Positions 63,519 to 64,000 of a stretch of 64,000 bases of DNA are shown in pieces (positions within the stretch are counted from its first letter, which is position 1; each line of letters begins with the position of its first letter). The notes under the pieces are model-generated. The model was not told where the DNA came from, did no database searches, and worked only from the letters and a program-made list of their open reading frames with translations. The stretch is from Patescibacteria group bacterium (GTDB taxonomy: Bacteria > Patescibacteriota > Minisyncoccia > Phycocordibacterales > PALSA-1337). The stretch lies in NCBI GenBank assembly GCA_038064415.1, contig JBBTTD010000005.1, positions 2,149 through 66,148 of the forward strand, in the 5' to 3' direction. The position numbers and the translations under genes are program-made.

Positions 63519-63983
63519 ATGGCAAGTCAACCTCTGATTATTTGGAGCGCGCCGGAACATTTATATGTTGAAAAAAAGCCCGACTGGTATTGGGCTGTTG
63601 GAATTATCACGCTGGCATTAGCGGCAGTAGCTTTTATTTTTGGCAACATAATAACTGGAATATTCGTAGTCGTCGCCGCGATTGCGTTGGTTCTGCACGC
63701 CTCCAAACCACCACGAACAGTCAGCTACGAAATAAACGATCGTGGAATCGTGGCTGGTGATATTCTCTACCCTTTTCTTAGTCTAGAATCATTCTGGATA
63801 CCGCACGATGAGTTTCCGCCAAAACTAATCATCAAATCAAGAAAACTTTTCATGCCTTTTATTGTCATTTACATTGACGAGATAGATCCTGAACAAGTCA
63901 GAGAAGTCATGCTCACTTATATTGCCGAAACCGAACATCGCGAACCGCTTTTGAAACATGTTCTGGAAATGTTAGGATTTTAA
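63519..63983 (+). CDS. Hypothetical 2-TM membrane protein
   Basis: 154-aa ORF downstream of tRNA-Ser. Confidence 0.5.
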   Translation: MASQPLIIWSAPEHLYVEKKPDWYWAVGIITLALAAVAFIFGNIITGIFVVVAAIALVLHASKPPRTVSYEINDRGIVAGDILYPFLSLESFWIPHDEFPPKLIIKSRKLFMPFIVIYIDEIDPEQVREVMLTYIAETEHREPLLKHVLEMLGF

Positions 63984-64000
63984 AATAGAACAAAAAATAA

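Overview
The window is AT-rich, gene-dense and almost entirely minus-strand, with small housekeeping proteins and no large biosynthetic operons. The overall look is that of a reduced genome such as a Patescibacteria/CPR organism; that is an inference from gene content and composition, not a database result.

Recognisable content:
- Ribosomal and translation genes: rplL, rplJ, rpsF-ssb-rpsR, rplK-nusG-secE, rplS, efp.
- Five aminoacyl-tRNA synthetases (metG, glyS, ileS, argS) plus glyA and folD, and a thymidylate cluster (tmk, dCMP deaminase, thyA, dcd, folA-like).
- DNA and cell-division genes: ftsK, recA, recO, ruvX.
- A DsbA/VKOR pair, a copper-homeostasis island (csoR-copA with accessory genes), pilM/N/O, five tRNAs, and three type II toxin-antitoxin pairs.

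Main findings from the hunt:
1. The IleRS gene carries an apparently intact histidine-phosphatase (PGAM-like, RHG motif) domain inserted after the WAISRSRFWGAPIP motif.
2. Several families of short palindromic/hairpin repeats are scattered through the window. Three copies sit inside open reading frames and are translated, reminiscent of Rickettsia palindromic elements. A 26-nt palindromic insertion splits tatD into two frames.
3. A roughly 55-bp module built from tandem TTGATCAAGAT units, with sigma70-like -35/-10 hexamers on both strands, occurs three times upstream of minus-strand genes.
4. A cluster of large secreted proteins (1.3-8.6 kb) includes peptidoglycan-binding proteins and a beta-helix protein with an LCAT-like lipase domain, driven by one copy of that module.
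5. Smaller observations: candidate small RNAs bounded by clear promoters and intrinsic terminators, heptanucleotide microsatellites inside three aaRS genes, tRNA-Arg flanked by partial copies of itself, and a GC-rich putative island next to tRNA-His/tRNA-Leu.
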